DNA from: a virus
Taxonomy: Duplodnaviria; Caudoviricetes
IMG/VR virus record: IMGVR_UViG_3300034658_000009
Coordinates: 1-55,935 of that record
Direction: 5' to 3' (one strand)
DNA length: 55,935 bases
Shown here: positions 34,011 to 42,814 of the stretch, piece by piece
Numbering within the stretch: position 1 is the first letter of the stretch
Layout: each line of letters starts with the position of its first letter
Position numbers and translations under genes: made by a program
Notes under the pieces: generated by a model
Database searches by the model: none
Told to the model about the DNA's origin: nothing
The model's input: only the letters and a program-made list of their open reading frames with translations

Positions 34011-34523
34011 TTAAGCTAACTCTTTCCAGGCGGCTTGCTGCTTGGCCTTGTATCTGGCCTTGGCCTCGATCTTCCGCCTGTGCTTTGAGTGTAAGAACTC
34101 CTTTCGGCGCTGATCGTTGTATTCATCCAACGCTTCTACCGAAATCATTTCCCACCAAGGGTGCGCCTCCCCAAAGAAGTGCCGCAACACCCTCCTGCAC
34201 CCCCGGTTAAACTCTTTTTTATCGTCAGGGTCAGAGAAGGTAAACCTAAACCACTCGCCGCGCATCTTTGTGCCTCTGTCCGCAAACTCCCTCTGCAAGC
34301 ACCTTTCGACCTTTAGGCATTTTTCTCTGTTATAGCCGACCCTCACCGTAGCGATATACTTCGCCGGTATCGGGCAAGCGGTTCTGAGGGATGTTAGGCG
34401 CTGGGTTACGTTGCCCGACATTCCGAGCTTTATGTATCCGGGGCCTGATTCGTCCTGGCAAAGAAGAGCGTAAACGTGGTAAGTGGGTCGCGTTTCGAAG
34501 GTTGGAAGGTATTCGATAGCCAT
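34011..34523 (-). CDS. GIY-YIG/T5orf172-family nuclease-like protein
   Basis: VYAL...YIKLGMS...RLTSLRTACP...E...RGEWF. Confidence 0.8.
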   Translation of the reverse strand: MAIEYLPTFETRPTYHVYALLCQDESGPGYIKLGMSGNVTQRLTSLRTACPIPAKYIATVRVGYNREKCLKVERCLQREFADRGTKMRGEWFRFTFSDPDDKKEFNRGCRRVLRHFFGEAHPWWEMISVEALDEYNDQRRKEFLHSKHRRKIEAKARYKAKQQAAWKELA

Positions 34524-34544
34524 GAATTCTCCAATCTATTTCCA

Positions 34545-34573
34545 AGGGTACAAATGTGTGAAGCGATTGTCAA
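34545..34573 (-). promoter_or_regulatory. Late promoter (pR'-like)
   Basis: TTGACA-N17-TACCCT overlapping the stop codon of the Q-like gene. Confidence 0.6.
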
Positions 34574-35070
34574 GCAGCTTGACTGTAGGACTGTAGGACA
34601 CGCTCAATCTGCTGATATGCTCGACTGACGCGTTTGCGGTAGGTGGCCGGATCAACACCGATTACACCGGCACACCAAGGGATTGAAAAGGTGATTTCAA
34701 CGTACTTTTCATTCAACGGATCTTGCGCGACCGTGCGCGTTTTTCCTCGCAACCCTTTGTCGATGCAGGCCGCAAGCTGTAGATCTTTGCTTAGGCGCCC
34801 CATAACCTTGCTTGCCTCAATCATGCGGCCTGTAAGCTCCTGCCTGCGGATTCGGTCAACCCTGCTAGCCAAGGTGCAGAACCCCGAAAACCCCGATCCT
34901 TTTGGCAGGCTGCCGTGGTCAGCGTAGGTGCCGAGGATGTGGCGGCCTTCATTTGCAATGTCATCCTGGAGGTCAACAACTATCTGGTAGTCAATGAAGT
35001 CATCAACTATTTGTTGGGCTTCCTCGCGTAGAGCCTTCTCTGCGTTCGTCTTACGATTCTGCTCTGCCAT
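34570..35070 (-). CDS. Late gene regulator/antiterminator Q-like
   Basis: C-terminal sigma4-like HTH (CAGVIGVDPATYRKRVSRA); last gene of the nin region. Confidence 0.7.
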   Translation of the reverse strand: MAEQNRKTNAEKALREEAQQIVDDFIDYQIVVDLQDDIANEGRHILGTYADHGSLPKGSGFSGFCTLASRVDRIRRQELTGRMIEASKVMGRLSKDLQLAACIDKGLRGKTRTVAQDPLNEKYVEITFSIPWCAGVIGVDPATYRKRVSRAYQQIERVLQSYSQAA

Positions 35071-35071
35071 A

Positions 35072-35334
35072 TCACCCTCGCATCCCGTTAAACAGCTTCC
35101 GAATCTCTGCCTCGTCATCCTGCTCTGTCAGCCAGGCCTCTAATTCATCCCGGCTTATCTGCTTTGCCCTGTACTCAGCCATTTGCTGCGGGCTTTGATC
35201 TCTGTTGGTATTGGCGCAAATCCCTCAAACCTTGCCCCGAAGCGGTCCCGGCAACTTCGCTCCGCATACTCAATCGAGTTATCGGTGAGCATGGTTGCCC
35301 GCTTGCCGTCTACGATGGCGGTAAGCTGGTTCAC
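35072..35334 (-). pseudogene. Hypothetical gene, apparently frameshifted near 35180 (or two small ORFs)
   Basis: GTG 35334 frame ends at 35155; another frame continues AEYRAKQ...MRG to 35072. Confidence 0.4.
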
Positions 35335-35612
35335 TGGCTGCACCAATCCAGCGACACCACTCCGCAACTCCGGCACTGGTGGCCATCGGGCACCAGGTAG
35401 AACAGATTGCTGCCACACTTGCAGCGCCACATCGTGTTCGGTACCTGCGGACCACGCATCACGCCGAAGAACTTCCGGCAACTCGGGCACTCCATCAGCT
35501 CCGCATCCCGCTCTTTCACCATGACCGCCTGCCATTCGTGTTCGCACTCGGTGCAGATGGCAGGACCGGACAGGTGCGGCTTCATGCTGTCGAGGTCAAT
35601 CACATCACCCAT
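35331..35612 (-). CDS. Zn-ribbon protein
   Basis: CTEC, CPSC, CKC, CRSC. Confidence 0.7.
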   Translation of the reverse strand: MGDVIDLDSMKPHLSGPAICTECEHEWQAVMVKERDAELMECPSCRKFFGVMRGPQVPNTMWRCKCGSNLFYLVPDGHQCRSCGVVSLDWCSQ

Positions 35613-35933
35613 TCAATTGCTCCGCTTGAGCACTGAGCAGGCGTCATAGTTTCTGTATCTGAAAAGACGGTGAATAAGTCGGTACCAGCGGGGCCACTGA
35701 CAAACTGCGCCGTTAAGCCCTGGGAGCAACGACCATTCAAACCCAACAAAGTGATACTCATCGCCTTCAAAGCGTCTCGCGGGCTGCGCAATCCCGATTT
35801 TGATTCCATTACAGAAGAAACGTGGAAGCCACCCCGGCAATACCGAAATCGCCTTGTGCTTGTAGTGGATCGCTAATATCTGGCCTCTTGGTGCCCAGCT
35901 TTGAACGTCGCTCTCAATGCTTATGATCTTCAT
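35613..35933 (-). CDS. Hypothetical protein
   Basis: ATGA-coupled to ninG. Confidence 0.55.
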   Translation of the reverse strand: MKIISIESDVQSWAPRGQILAIHYKHKAISVLPGWLPRFFCNGIKIGIAQPARRFEGDEYHFVGFEWSLLPGLNGAVCQWPRWYRLIHRLFRYRNYDACSVLKRSN

Positions 35934-36532
35934 GCCGCCAATCTCCCGCTCTCAAGATCCCGTATCCGCTGGCTCCACTGCTTTCGCAGCGCTTCCAGTT
36001 CCTGCCAGTCCCACTTCACCGGCGCCGTGTTGGTTTCGCAGTGGTCAATAATCCGCCTCGCCTCTGCCTTTCCGAACCGGTCAACCAGCCCCTGCTTGTA
36101 GCCCCGGGTGGTTTTGGTCCCCTCGATGTTGGCGCTCAACGACTCGTTGCAGTACTTGTTGCACTGCAGAAACGTGTTCCTCCGGTCGTACCGAAGATTC
36201 GACTGCGCACCACGGGTCTTGAAGTGACCGCAGCACCAGTCCATGTGAGTCTTGCCGCACGATATGCACTCTGGTTCCATTCCTCGCTCGCGAAACCACT
36301 GCAGTTCCTCAAGCACGCGCATCCGGTTGAACACCCGCTGGCATTGCTTGTGCTGCCAGTTCAGATCGCGGCGGTTGAACTCTCGGCGCTCGGCTCTGGC
36401 CTGCTTGGCGGCCTTCTCGGCTTTCTTCTCTATCTGTTTCCGGGCAACCTTCCTCGCGCAGCCAACCGAGCAGGCAACCTGCAAGCTGTTGAACGGCTCG
36501 AACTTGTTGGGGCAGGCTCGGCACTTCTTCAT
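35930..36532 (-). CDS. ninG: NinG/Rap-family recombination endonuclease
   Basis: KKCRAC...CSVGC, CISCG...GHF...LRYD...QCNKYCN. Confidence 0.88.
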   Translation of the reverse strand: MKKCRACPNKFEPFNSLQVACSVGCARKVARKQIEKKAEKAAKQARAERREFNRRDLNWQHKQCQRVFNRMRVLEELQWFRERGMEPECISCGKTHMDWCCGHFKTRGAQSNLRYDRRNTFLQCNKYCNESLSANIEGTKTTRGYKQGLVDRFGKAEARRIIDHCETNTAPVKWDWQELEALRKQWSQRIRDLESGRLAA

Positions 36533-36786
36533 GCGCGATCAACCTCCTGCTTCAGCAACTCCAGCAGGTCCGGATGCATCACAAGCGTCCCGTCGGCAAG
36601 CTGGAAACAGCCCGGCGCCTGCTTCATGCCGAATCGCTTGTTCCACTTCTTCTGAATGCGCTGATGGTAAAACTCACTCATTGATGCCGTTTTCTTGTGC
36701 TGCTTCCGTGGTGCGGTCTGCGTTGCCAGATCATTCGCATACACGCGGACGCCGCCATAAACAAAGCCTGGAATCCGGTTGATCAC
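36529..36786 (-). CDS. Hypothetical phage protein
   Basis: RIQKKWNKRFG...LVMHP; coupled overlaps. Confidence 0.65.
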   Translation of the reverse strand: MINRIPGFVYGGVRVYANDLATQTAPRKQHKKTASMSEFYHQRIQKKWNKRFGMKQAPGCFQLADGTLVMHPDLLELLKQEVDRA

Positions 36787-36965
36787 TTCGCATCCTCCAT
36801 AGCCGCCTTCGAGTAATGCCGGAAGGTCAGGTCAACGTGTTTGGTTTCGCGCAGGTCTGCCTGATCGACGGCGCCGCCCTTGCGCAGATATTCGCGGGTC
36901 AGGCGCTCGATTTCGGCGGATTCCTGCTGCTTGGTGCTGGGTCTGGTTGGGCCGATGCTGGTCAT
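36783..36965 (-). CDS. Hypothetical protein
   Basis: EIERLTREYLRKGG; coupled overlaps. Confidence 0.6.
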   Translation of the reverse strand: MTSIGPTRPSTKQQESAEIERLTREYLRKGGAVDQADLRETKHVDLTFRHYSKAAMEDAK

Positions 36966-37174
36966 GCTAGATCACCAACTTTCCATTGCAGATAGTCTTC
37001 GAGGTAGTGGTGCATGATCTGACCAAGGCTGTCCGACTCCACCAGAACGCCCCGAGCTGCGCCCACGTAGTGAAAGTAGCCATCCTTGCCAAGTTGGAAT
37101 ATTGGGCGTTTTCTCCAGCAGTAGACGACTCGATATTGAACCAAGGGCCCGTTGGTTGCTCTCATCTCACTCAC
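36962..37174 (-). CDS. Hypothetical protein
   Basis: Coupled ORF in the nin region. Confidence 0.5.
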   Translation of the reverse strand: MSEMRATNGPLVQYRVVYCWRKRPIFQLGKDGYFHYVGAARGVLVESDSLGQIMHHYLEDYLQWKVGDLA

Positions 37175-37295
37175 CCCTCAGTTGCCGCATCAACTCCGCA
37201 AAGCTAACGCCGTTCAGTGTGTTTGCTGGCTTGTTGCAGTTGGCAGACAGCCAGGCGCCGATCCGCTTTCTGGTTTCGATTGATTCTGGGTTCAT
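37167..37295 (-). CDS. 42-aa hypothetical protein (not in the ORF track)
   Basis: MNPESIETRKRIGAW...LRGE; ATGA overlap; fills the gap. Confidence 0.5.
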   Translation of the reverse strand: MNPESIETRKRIGAWLSANCNKPANTLNGVSFAELMRQLRGE

Positions 37296-37777
37296 GCTGC
37301 CAACCCCACTAAGTTCGCCATCTGTTCAATCTGGCCCTGCGTCATGCCGCGCCAGTAGTTATCAATGACGTGCTGGCAGAACCGCCCATAGATTTCGTGG
37401 AACTCGCCATCGTCCATGTCCGAGAAGTTCAGGCTCTGAGGCATCCTGATCGTGGCCAGGCCAACGCCAGGGACGTGAACGCCCATTTCCTCGCAGCCGA
37501 TGTTGCCCTCCCATTGCAGGCGCTTCAGGACGCCATGAGCTTCCATGTTCTGGAAGTCTTCGATATTCTCCACCAGTAACTGCCCGAGCTTGTGAGCGCG
37601 GCGCCAGTTGTGCAGGCTGCGCGGTTTCTTCGGGTCAGCGGCCAGTACGTCGCCAACACGGAAGCCTCGCTTACGCAGGGTCTGGCGGGAAATGTCGTCG
37701 TCCGGGGCTAGTGTTCCGTCCTTAGTGACTCGAAACATGACGGCGCGGCTTGGTTTGGATTTGCGCTGCCCCATCAC
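37292..37777 (-). CDS. DUF1367/NinB-like protein
   Basis: GDVLAADPKKPRS...PQSLNFSDMDDGEF. Confidence 0.75.
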   Translation of the reverse strand: MMGQRKSKPSRAVMFRVTKDGTLAPDDDISRQTLRKRGFRVGDVLAADPKKPRSLHNWRRAHKLGQLLVENIEDFQNMEAHGVLKRLQWEGNIGCEEMGVHVPGVGLATIRMPQSLNFSDMDDGEFHEIYGRFCQHVIDNYWRGMTQGQIEQMANLVGLAA

Positions 37778-37989
37778 GCCACCTCCGGCGGAACAGGCCC
37801 GCTCTCTATCAGCTGATACCGCCGCCCGTCCTCATGACGCTCAGTGCGGCCCTCGTCCACCAGTTCATTCATGGCACCCTGTGCCGCGTACTCCGTCGTC
37901 CTGATGGCCCAGGCAATGCTGCCGATCAGTAGCGGCCCGCGCTGTTCCAGTGCGCGGAGGATGTTGGCTTTCATGTTGGGGTCAGTCAT
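37774..37989 (-). CDS. Winged-HTH protein
   Basis: ILRALEQRGPL...MNELVDEG...RYQL. Confidence 0.65.
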   Translation of the reverse strand: MTDPNMKANILRALEQRGPLLIGSIAWAIRTTEYAAQGAMNELVDEGRTERHEDGRRYQLIESGPVPPEVA

Positions 37990-38173
37990 GGGATACCTCC
38001 GTAATCGTCACCGGCAGCCGCCAGGGCTCGAATGTCTCAATGTCCCGGCGTATCTGGTGTTCGCTTTCTCCCTGGCGGATCTCTCGGCGGGCGAGGAAGG
38101 CTGGGGAGTCGATGAAGAAGCTCTTAGCTTCCTTATGATCTACTGTGAGATTGTCGGACAATGTTGTGTTCAT
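37982..38173 (-). CDS. Hypothetical protein
   Basis: Coupled ORF. Confidence 0.5.
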   Translation of the reverse strand: MNTTLSDNLTVDHKEAKSFFIDSPAFLARREIRQGESEHQIRRDIETFEPWRLPVTITEVSHD

Positions 38174-38388
38174 TCCACCACCTCCAAAACTTCAATCTTG
38201 ATCCCGCAATCCTTCCTCCCCATCACGGCAGGAATCTTCTGGTATTCAGGTATGCCGGCTTGCTTGTCCCATTGAGTGAGCGCCAGATAGCGCTGACAGG
38301 TATCGCGTTGAGGGCACCAATCGCTGTCTGGGTTGGCGCTGTAGCGGGCGGCGCAGCGGGAGGTGTCATAGGGGAGCGTTTTAGTCAT
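38170..38388 (-). CDS. Small Cys-rich phage protein
   Basis: LPYDTSRC...CPQRDTCQRY...C. Confidence 0.65.
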   Translation of the reverse strand: MTKTLPYDTSRCAARYSANPDSDWCPQRDTCQRYLALTQWDKQAGIPEYQKIPAVMGRKDCGIKIEVLEVVE

Positions 38389-38711
38389 AGCGATTCCACC
38401 TCATCCCCGATGCGAAGCACCTCAACGCCTACTGATCTGAGCGCTTCCTTGCATGGTTCGCAGGCATAGCTGTGGCCTTCCAGTTCAGCCCGGATGCCTT
38501 TTCGGCCATGCAGATTCATCACAGCCACCTGCTCGGCATGGCCTGCCTGTTGGCAGACTTCCTGGCACAAGTGATACCCCTCTCCGGTCTGGTAGCCGTG
38601 AGTGTCACGCGGGCAGATCGGTTGAGGATTGCGGCAGTAGTTCTCCCCGGTAACGACATGGCCGTCAGAGGCTTCGATGTGGCAGATCACTTGCTGTTTG
38701 GCACAGGTCAT
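38385..38711 (-). CDS. dCMP/cytidine deaminase-like protein
   Basis: GHAEQVA and YACEPC zinc-deaminase motifs; ATG 38711 overlaps the MTase stop. Confidence 0.75.
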   Translation of the reverse strand: MTCAKQQVICHIEASDGHVVTGENYCRNPQPICPRDTHGYQTGEGYHLCQEVCQQAGHAEQVAVMNLHGRKGIRAELEGHSYACEPCKEALRSVGVEVLRIGDEVESL

Positions 38712-39382
38712 GCGACACGCTCCATTGACCGGGCATCGCCGCCCCACTGCAAGGCAGCGGCCATAGCAATGCCTGGCTGTGACTGGCTTCTGAGTCTTTC
38801 CCGCTCCGGACCCGGTGACATTCGATGAACCCACGACCACGCCTTATGCTCATCGGTGCCGGCTTTGGGCGGGTTCAGCTTGTCGGTAGGGATTAATGGC
38901 GGAAGGCCGCGAAGTCTGAAAGTGGTTGCCTTGAACGTCTCGTCACCAAACCACCACGGCTGAACGGTCTGCGTAATGTCATCACTTCGGGTCAGCGCCT
39001 TGGCCAGCCAGTGCATAATCGGATTCTCAACTGCAATCCGGGCAGCATTGGCGTTCAGGCAGTCATTAAAGAATGCCGCACCTTCGGCAGCGCCCTTGAC
39101 TCGATCAGGACACATGCGATTCTCCGAGCCGTCCGGGTTGTAACGACGCCCCCCCACATACAGGTGCTTGGCGCCGGCATTGGTCAGGAAGCGGCACACC
39201 GGATGCGCAATCACCAAGTCCCAGCGCTCACGCAGTAATGGGCGAACATCGCCTTCATGGTGCGGGCCCGGGCTTTCAGTCGGGAACAGGTCACAACTGA
39301 TAGCGTCATGGCCAAGGGCAAGGAATGCATCCCGGAACACGCCAGAGCGCTCACAGGCAATCAGAACTTTTAAAGGCTTCAC
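38708..39382 (-). CDS. Phage DNA cytosine methyltransferase-like protein
   Basis: VLIACERSG (motif I-like), SCDL, GDV, IAHPVC (catalytic PC-like), AVENP, QPWWFG. Confidence 0.75.
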   Translation of the reverse strand: MKPLKVLIACERSGVFRDAFLALGHDAISCDLFPTESPGPHHEGDVRPLLRERWDLVIAHPVCRFLTNAGAKHLYVGGRRYNPDGSENRMCPDRVKGAAEGAAFFNDCLNANAARIAVENPIMHWLAKALTRSDDITQTVQPWWFGDETFKATTFRLRGLPPLIPTDKLNPPKAGTDEHKAWSWVHRMSPGPERERLRSQSQPGIAMAAALQWGGDARSMERVA

Positions 39383-39567
39383 ACCACATCCCCATCAAAC
39401 GTAAACGGCGCCGCTTCACGCTGCGGCTTCCGAAAGCTATCCGCAGTCTTAGGCTCAAGCTCTAAGCGATACCGCGCCCTGGTGCAGACAAATATTCCGG
39501 AATCGTCGTGGTGCATTCCGAGTTCGGTGATTGGGAGGCCGCGCTGGCAGCCGGTGCACTGGTTCAT
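39379..39567 (-). CDS. Hypothetical protein
   Basis: NQCTGCQRGLP; coupled overlaps. Confidence 0.6.
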   Translation of the reverse strand: MNQCTGCQRGLPITELGMHHDDSGIFVCTRARYRLELEPKTADSFRKPQREAAPFTFDGDVV

Positions 39568-39881
39568 GCGGACACCTCCCGATCTGCCAGGTATTCCAAG
39601 TGCGCGGCTATGCTGCTCTTGGAAAGGCCATGCTGCTTCCCGAGCCTTTGCATGGACAACCCAGCGGATTCGGACTTCAAACGGTCGCGCTCTGATATGC
39701 AGGCGCGAATAATTCGCTGCTCATCATCCGGCACGGATACCGGCATGTGATTGGCGATCTTTGCAATGGTCCGCTCGCTGCACTCAAACTTGACGGCAAG
39801 GCTCGCGTTCGACAGCTCTTTGGCCTGCAGGCGCAACTTTCGACCCTTGAGGTACTGGCGGCATATTTCGTTAAGGCTCAT
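39564..39881 (-). CDS. Tandem HTH protein
   Basis: SLAVKFECSERTI and RLGKQHGLSKSSI. Confidence 0.65.
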   Translation of the reverse strand: MSLNEICRQYLKGRKLRLQAKELSNASLAVKFECSERTIAKIANHMPVSVPDDEQRIIRACISERDRLKSESAGLSMQRLGKQHGLSKSSIAAHLEYLADREVSA

Positions 39882-40033
39882 TGCGCACCTCCGGCAACCA
39901 TTTCCTTCAACTCTGAAAGCCGCTTTTTTGCCTGCTCTTTGCTGGTTCGATTAAGGCGCACACCGCTGTCACTCCGATAACAAGAGCGGTCGCAGTTTGT
40001 GCAATTACAATTAGGGCGCTTGTTCGGCTTCAT
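39878..40033 (-). CDS. 51-aa Cys-containing protein (not in the ORF track)
   Basis: MKPNKRPNCNCTNCDRSC...; ATGA overlaps at both ends. Confidence 0.55.
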   Translation of the reverse strand: MKPNKRPNCNCTNCDRSCYRSDSGVRLNRTSKEQAKKRLSELKEMVAGGAQ

Positions 40034-40701
40034 GAAACACCTCCGATGCGCTTAACTTCGCGGTCCAGCGACTCCAGAAAGGTTTGCGTGCTGTCGCGTG
40101 TGATCTGCGCGACACCCTGATCACCGCCACCCAGGTAAACCTCTCGGGCTTTCTCGGGATCTCCGATCAGCGCTGGCTCATTGTTGGCGCGACCGCGCTC
40201 AAAAGATTCGGACTGGCTGTTTTGGTGCTCGCAGGTACCCAACAATTTGCGCGGGAATGTCTCTGGTGGCTGTACGGTGAATCCTTGGTAAAGCTTCAGA
40301 AAATGATTCTGCAGGAACGGGTATTCGTCGTACCCGGTGAGGGAGATTTTTATCCACCCGCCCAGGCGCTCTATCGCGGCATGAATCTTCGGGTCATCGA
40401 ACACCACTGACCGGTAGTTGCCGACACAGCGAATGGCGTAATCGACTTTCGCCCAGGCTTCTCCGGCTGCTGATTGGCTGTTACCGGCAATGTGCTTGAT
40501 TACATCGGAGGGCTTTGGGGGGAACTGGCCAGTGTCCGGGTTCTTGATATGACCGGACAGGCCGGTGCGGATATCTCGCAGGCTGTAACTGCGCAGGGCG
40601 CTGAAGACCACATCAAGCATGGGGTCACTAACCGTCTTGCCATAAACCGCGTAAGCTGCTGTCCAGATTTCAGCAAAGTCTTCCATCTCGTTGTTATTCA
40701 C
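40030..40701 (-). CDS. Replication accessory protein (P-like/DUF6475-like)
   Basis: GQFPPKPSDVI...VFDDPKIHAAIERLGGW; follows the initiator. Confidence 0.75.
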   Translation of the reverse strand: MNNNEMEDFAEIWTAAYAVYGKTVSDPMLDVVFSALRSYSLRDIRTGLSGHIKNPDTGQFPPKPSDVIKHIAGNSQSAAGEAWAKVDYAIRCVGNYRSVVFDDPKIHAAIERLGGWIKISLTGYDEYPFLQNHFLKLYQGFTVQPPETFPRKLLGTCEHQNSQSESFERGRANNEPALIGDPEKAREVYLGGGDQGVAQITRDSTQTFLESLDREVKRIGGVS

Positions 40702-41539
40702 CTTGAGCCCTCCGTCTTGCTGCCCACTGGCGGCCAATCTCTACGTTCTGCTCGTGGATTCGCTGCTCTCTGGACGCCGGGACGCTCTGCAGGCGGTGCA
40801 CGACGCCGGCACTATTGGCGGGCGTTACCGATCCCTGCATCCAGTCGGCTTTGAAGCCTCGCCATCCCCTGGTTGCAGCCTCTTCGCCGCACTGGTTGAC
40901 CGTGTACCCCATAGCTACGGCCTTGTGTAGCTCTTTGCCGATGGTGTTGATCGCTGTTTGGCTATGGACGGCGCGGGCTTTGGATCTTGCCTTGAGCCAG
41001 TCCTTCAGGATTTGTTCTTCAGGAAGTTCCGGCCAGGATGAGTAATCGATCTTTTCGGGCTTCTTTGGGGATGGTGCCTGTTGTTTCTGCTCGGGTTGAG
41101 CGTCGGAAGATGCGCCATCAGTTTCTTTACTGACAGGTTCACTGACAGATTCAAAAGAGTGACTGATTCCGGGTGCAGCCTGTTCACTATCCCCTGGTGC
41201 AACCTGTTCACCATGGGGTGCAGGATTTTCACTAGGGGGTGAATCATTTGCACTATGGGGTGCAGTAATTTCACCCCATAATTTAAGCAGATAGATGTTT
41301 GTGCTGTTACCTTTCGGTCCTTTCCTGACGCTCTTCTCTACCAAGCCATCCTTGATGAGAGCGTTTATGTAGTTCATTGCGCTGCGCTTGCTGATCTCGC
41401 ACTGGTCAGCAATGTGCTGATAGGAGGGCCAGCACTCCCCTTTGTCGTTGGCGTTGTCAGCCAGCTTGAGAAGTACCAGCTTCTTGCCGGCACTCCCCAC
41501 CTGAACGGAGAAGGCTTTCGCCATGAGCATGACAGCCAT
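40694..41539 (-). CDS. Replication initiator (O-like, N-terminal HTH)
   Basis: KLVLLKLADNANDKGECWPSYQHIADQCEIS; contains internal iterons. Confidence 0.88.
   Translation of the reverse strand: MAVMLMAKAFSVQVGSAGKKLVLLKLADNANDKGECWPSYQHIADQCEISKRSAMNYINALIKDGLVEKSVRKGPKGNSTNIYLLKLWGEITAPHSANDSPPSENPAPHGEQVAPGDSEQAAPGISHSFESVSEPVSKETDGASSDAQPEQKQQAPSPKKPEKIDYSSWPELPEEQILKDWLKARSKARAVHSQTAINTIGKELHKAVAMGYTVNQCGEEAATRGWRGFKADWMQGSVTPANSAGVVHRLQSVPASREQRIHEQNVEIGRQWAARRRAQGE
41172..41275. repeat. Replication origin iterons (5 copies)
   Basis: GGTGMA-N5-TKCACY at 41172, 41196, 41217, 41238 and 41259 (21-24 bp period), next to an AT-rich tract. Confidence 0.8.
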
Positions 41540-42177
41540 TACGCGGCCTCCTGAATGCTTCGACCTGAAAACCGAGACCTAAGCGCGGCAGCAAGACGAG
41601 CGTCTGGCTCTATATCTGCATATCGGCAAGCGAGTTCATTTTTTCGGCGGCGCCATGCTTCATGAGCCTCTTCAGCAGAAGTGAACCAGCCTAGAAAGTC
41701 CGGCTTTTCAGTAAATGGGTTGTTGCAGTATGCGTGGAACTTTCCGCGCCATGAGTTCCAGCTCACGCCGACCGGAAATCTGCGGCTCTTCTTGGAACTA
41801 TGGGTTAGAAACTTGTTTAATTGCGGGCTTACAAATATGCAGGTGTTCGGAGAGTAGACTCTATTGCCCTCAAAAAGAATGTCTTTGTCCAGATCCTTGC
41901 CTTGCCAGTCTTGCGCGCTCATCCATTCGCGAAAGGCAGAAAATTTACGCCATTCTGGGCAAACTGAGCAGCCAGCATAGTTAACTCTATGTTTGCCTGG
42001 ACGCTTGCTATAACAACGGTTAAGCATGTTCTTCCATGCCCGGTAAAATGGGCACTCCGTAACCTGCCTGTTCCCGTTAATAGTTTCTTGGCGTATTACC
42101 GCGTAATCGGCATCATTAACGCCGACCCCGCAAACGATTCTGCTTCTCTCTGCATCTTGCGTTCGTCTCGTTTTCAT
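41539..42177 (-). CDS. HNH-like homing endonuclease-family protein (paralog A)
   Basis: GVGVND...WKNMLNRCY...VCPEW...LDKDIL...YSPNTC. Confidence 0.75.
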   Translation of the reverse strand: MKTRRTQDAERSRIVCGVGVNDADYAVIRQETINGNRQVTECPFYRAWKNMLNRCYSKRPGKHRVNYAGCSVCPEWRKFSAFREWMSAQDWQGKDLDKDILFEGNRVYSPNTCIFVSPQLNKFLTHSSKKSRRFPVGVSWNSWRGKFHAYCNNPFTEKPDFLGWFTSAEEAHEAWRRRKNELACRYADIEPDARLAAALRSRFSGRSIQEAA

Positions 42178-42246
42178 CGCATACTGCCTCTATCGTTTTG
42201 ATTCAAACCCGCTAGCCCTGCCAGGCTCTGATGCGGGTTTTCTTTT
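42157..42246 (+). ncRNA. Putative OOP-like antisense sRNA unit (promoter plus terminator)
   Basis: TTGCGT-N17-CATACT at 42157-42185; AAACCCGC...GCGGGTTTTCTTTT terminator at 42206-42246. Confidence 0.4.
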
Positions 42247-42461
42247 GCCTGTTTGGTTGCCCCACCTTTGAATGACGCGAGTATTTCGTGGGGCCAGCCG
42301 TCGCACGGCCTACTGCTACAAGTTCGCAACCATCGTTGCTGTGATGCCGGCCAGGATCTCCCAACCCTTCGCATCTGCGGAATGCCCTCTTGGTACCGTC
42401 CCGCTTTTAACGGAAAGGACACTCCCGGGTGCCGACTGCTTACGGCAGTCAGTCGTCAGTC

Positions 42462-42641
42462 TCATTCCGCGCTTTCTTTCGCTCGCTCTTTAACGCTGAT
42501 AACCCGGTCATCAAAGGCGTAAAGCGTCTGTTCCTCGCCATTTTGAAGAACATGGGTTTCGCCGTAGCTGCCGTCCTGCATGGAAACGACAACCTCTTTG
42601 TCGTCGGAGCAGTGCGCCTGAATCGTTACGTTGGTTGTCAT
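42462..42641 (-). CDS. 59-aa hypothetical protein (not in the ORF track)
   Basis: MTTNVTIQAHCSDDKEVVV...; GGAGGA RBS. Confidence 0.7.
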   Translation of the reverse strand: MTTNVTIQAHCSDDKEVVVSMQDGSYGETHVLQNGEEQTLYAFDDRVISVKERAKESAE

Positions 42642-42667
42642 ACCTAATCCTCCCGTTTAAGTGAGAC

Positions 42668-42814
42668 GCGGTGACCGGAAGTGATCCCGGCTTGATGGGA
42701 GACGGCTATCTCAGAACTAATCCCTTTCGACTATCCCGAAAGACCTACTCAGGGCCTGAGCCTCGCCCGCTATCCACCCGCTTCTGCTGCCCATCACCAC
42801 TGGACATTCACCGC
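42668..42814 (-). ncRNA. C4-antisense-like structured RNA
   Basis: GCGGTGAATG...AGTGGTGATGGG...CCCATCAAGCCGGGATCACTTCCGGTCACCGC: closing stem, terminal GCCGG hairpin, complementary loops. Confidence 0.6.

Noticed and set aside
42174-42422. 82-aa ORF as a cII candidate
   Set aside because: No HTH-like features, GTG start within hairpin-rich sequence; more likely non-coding
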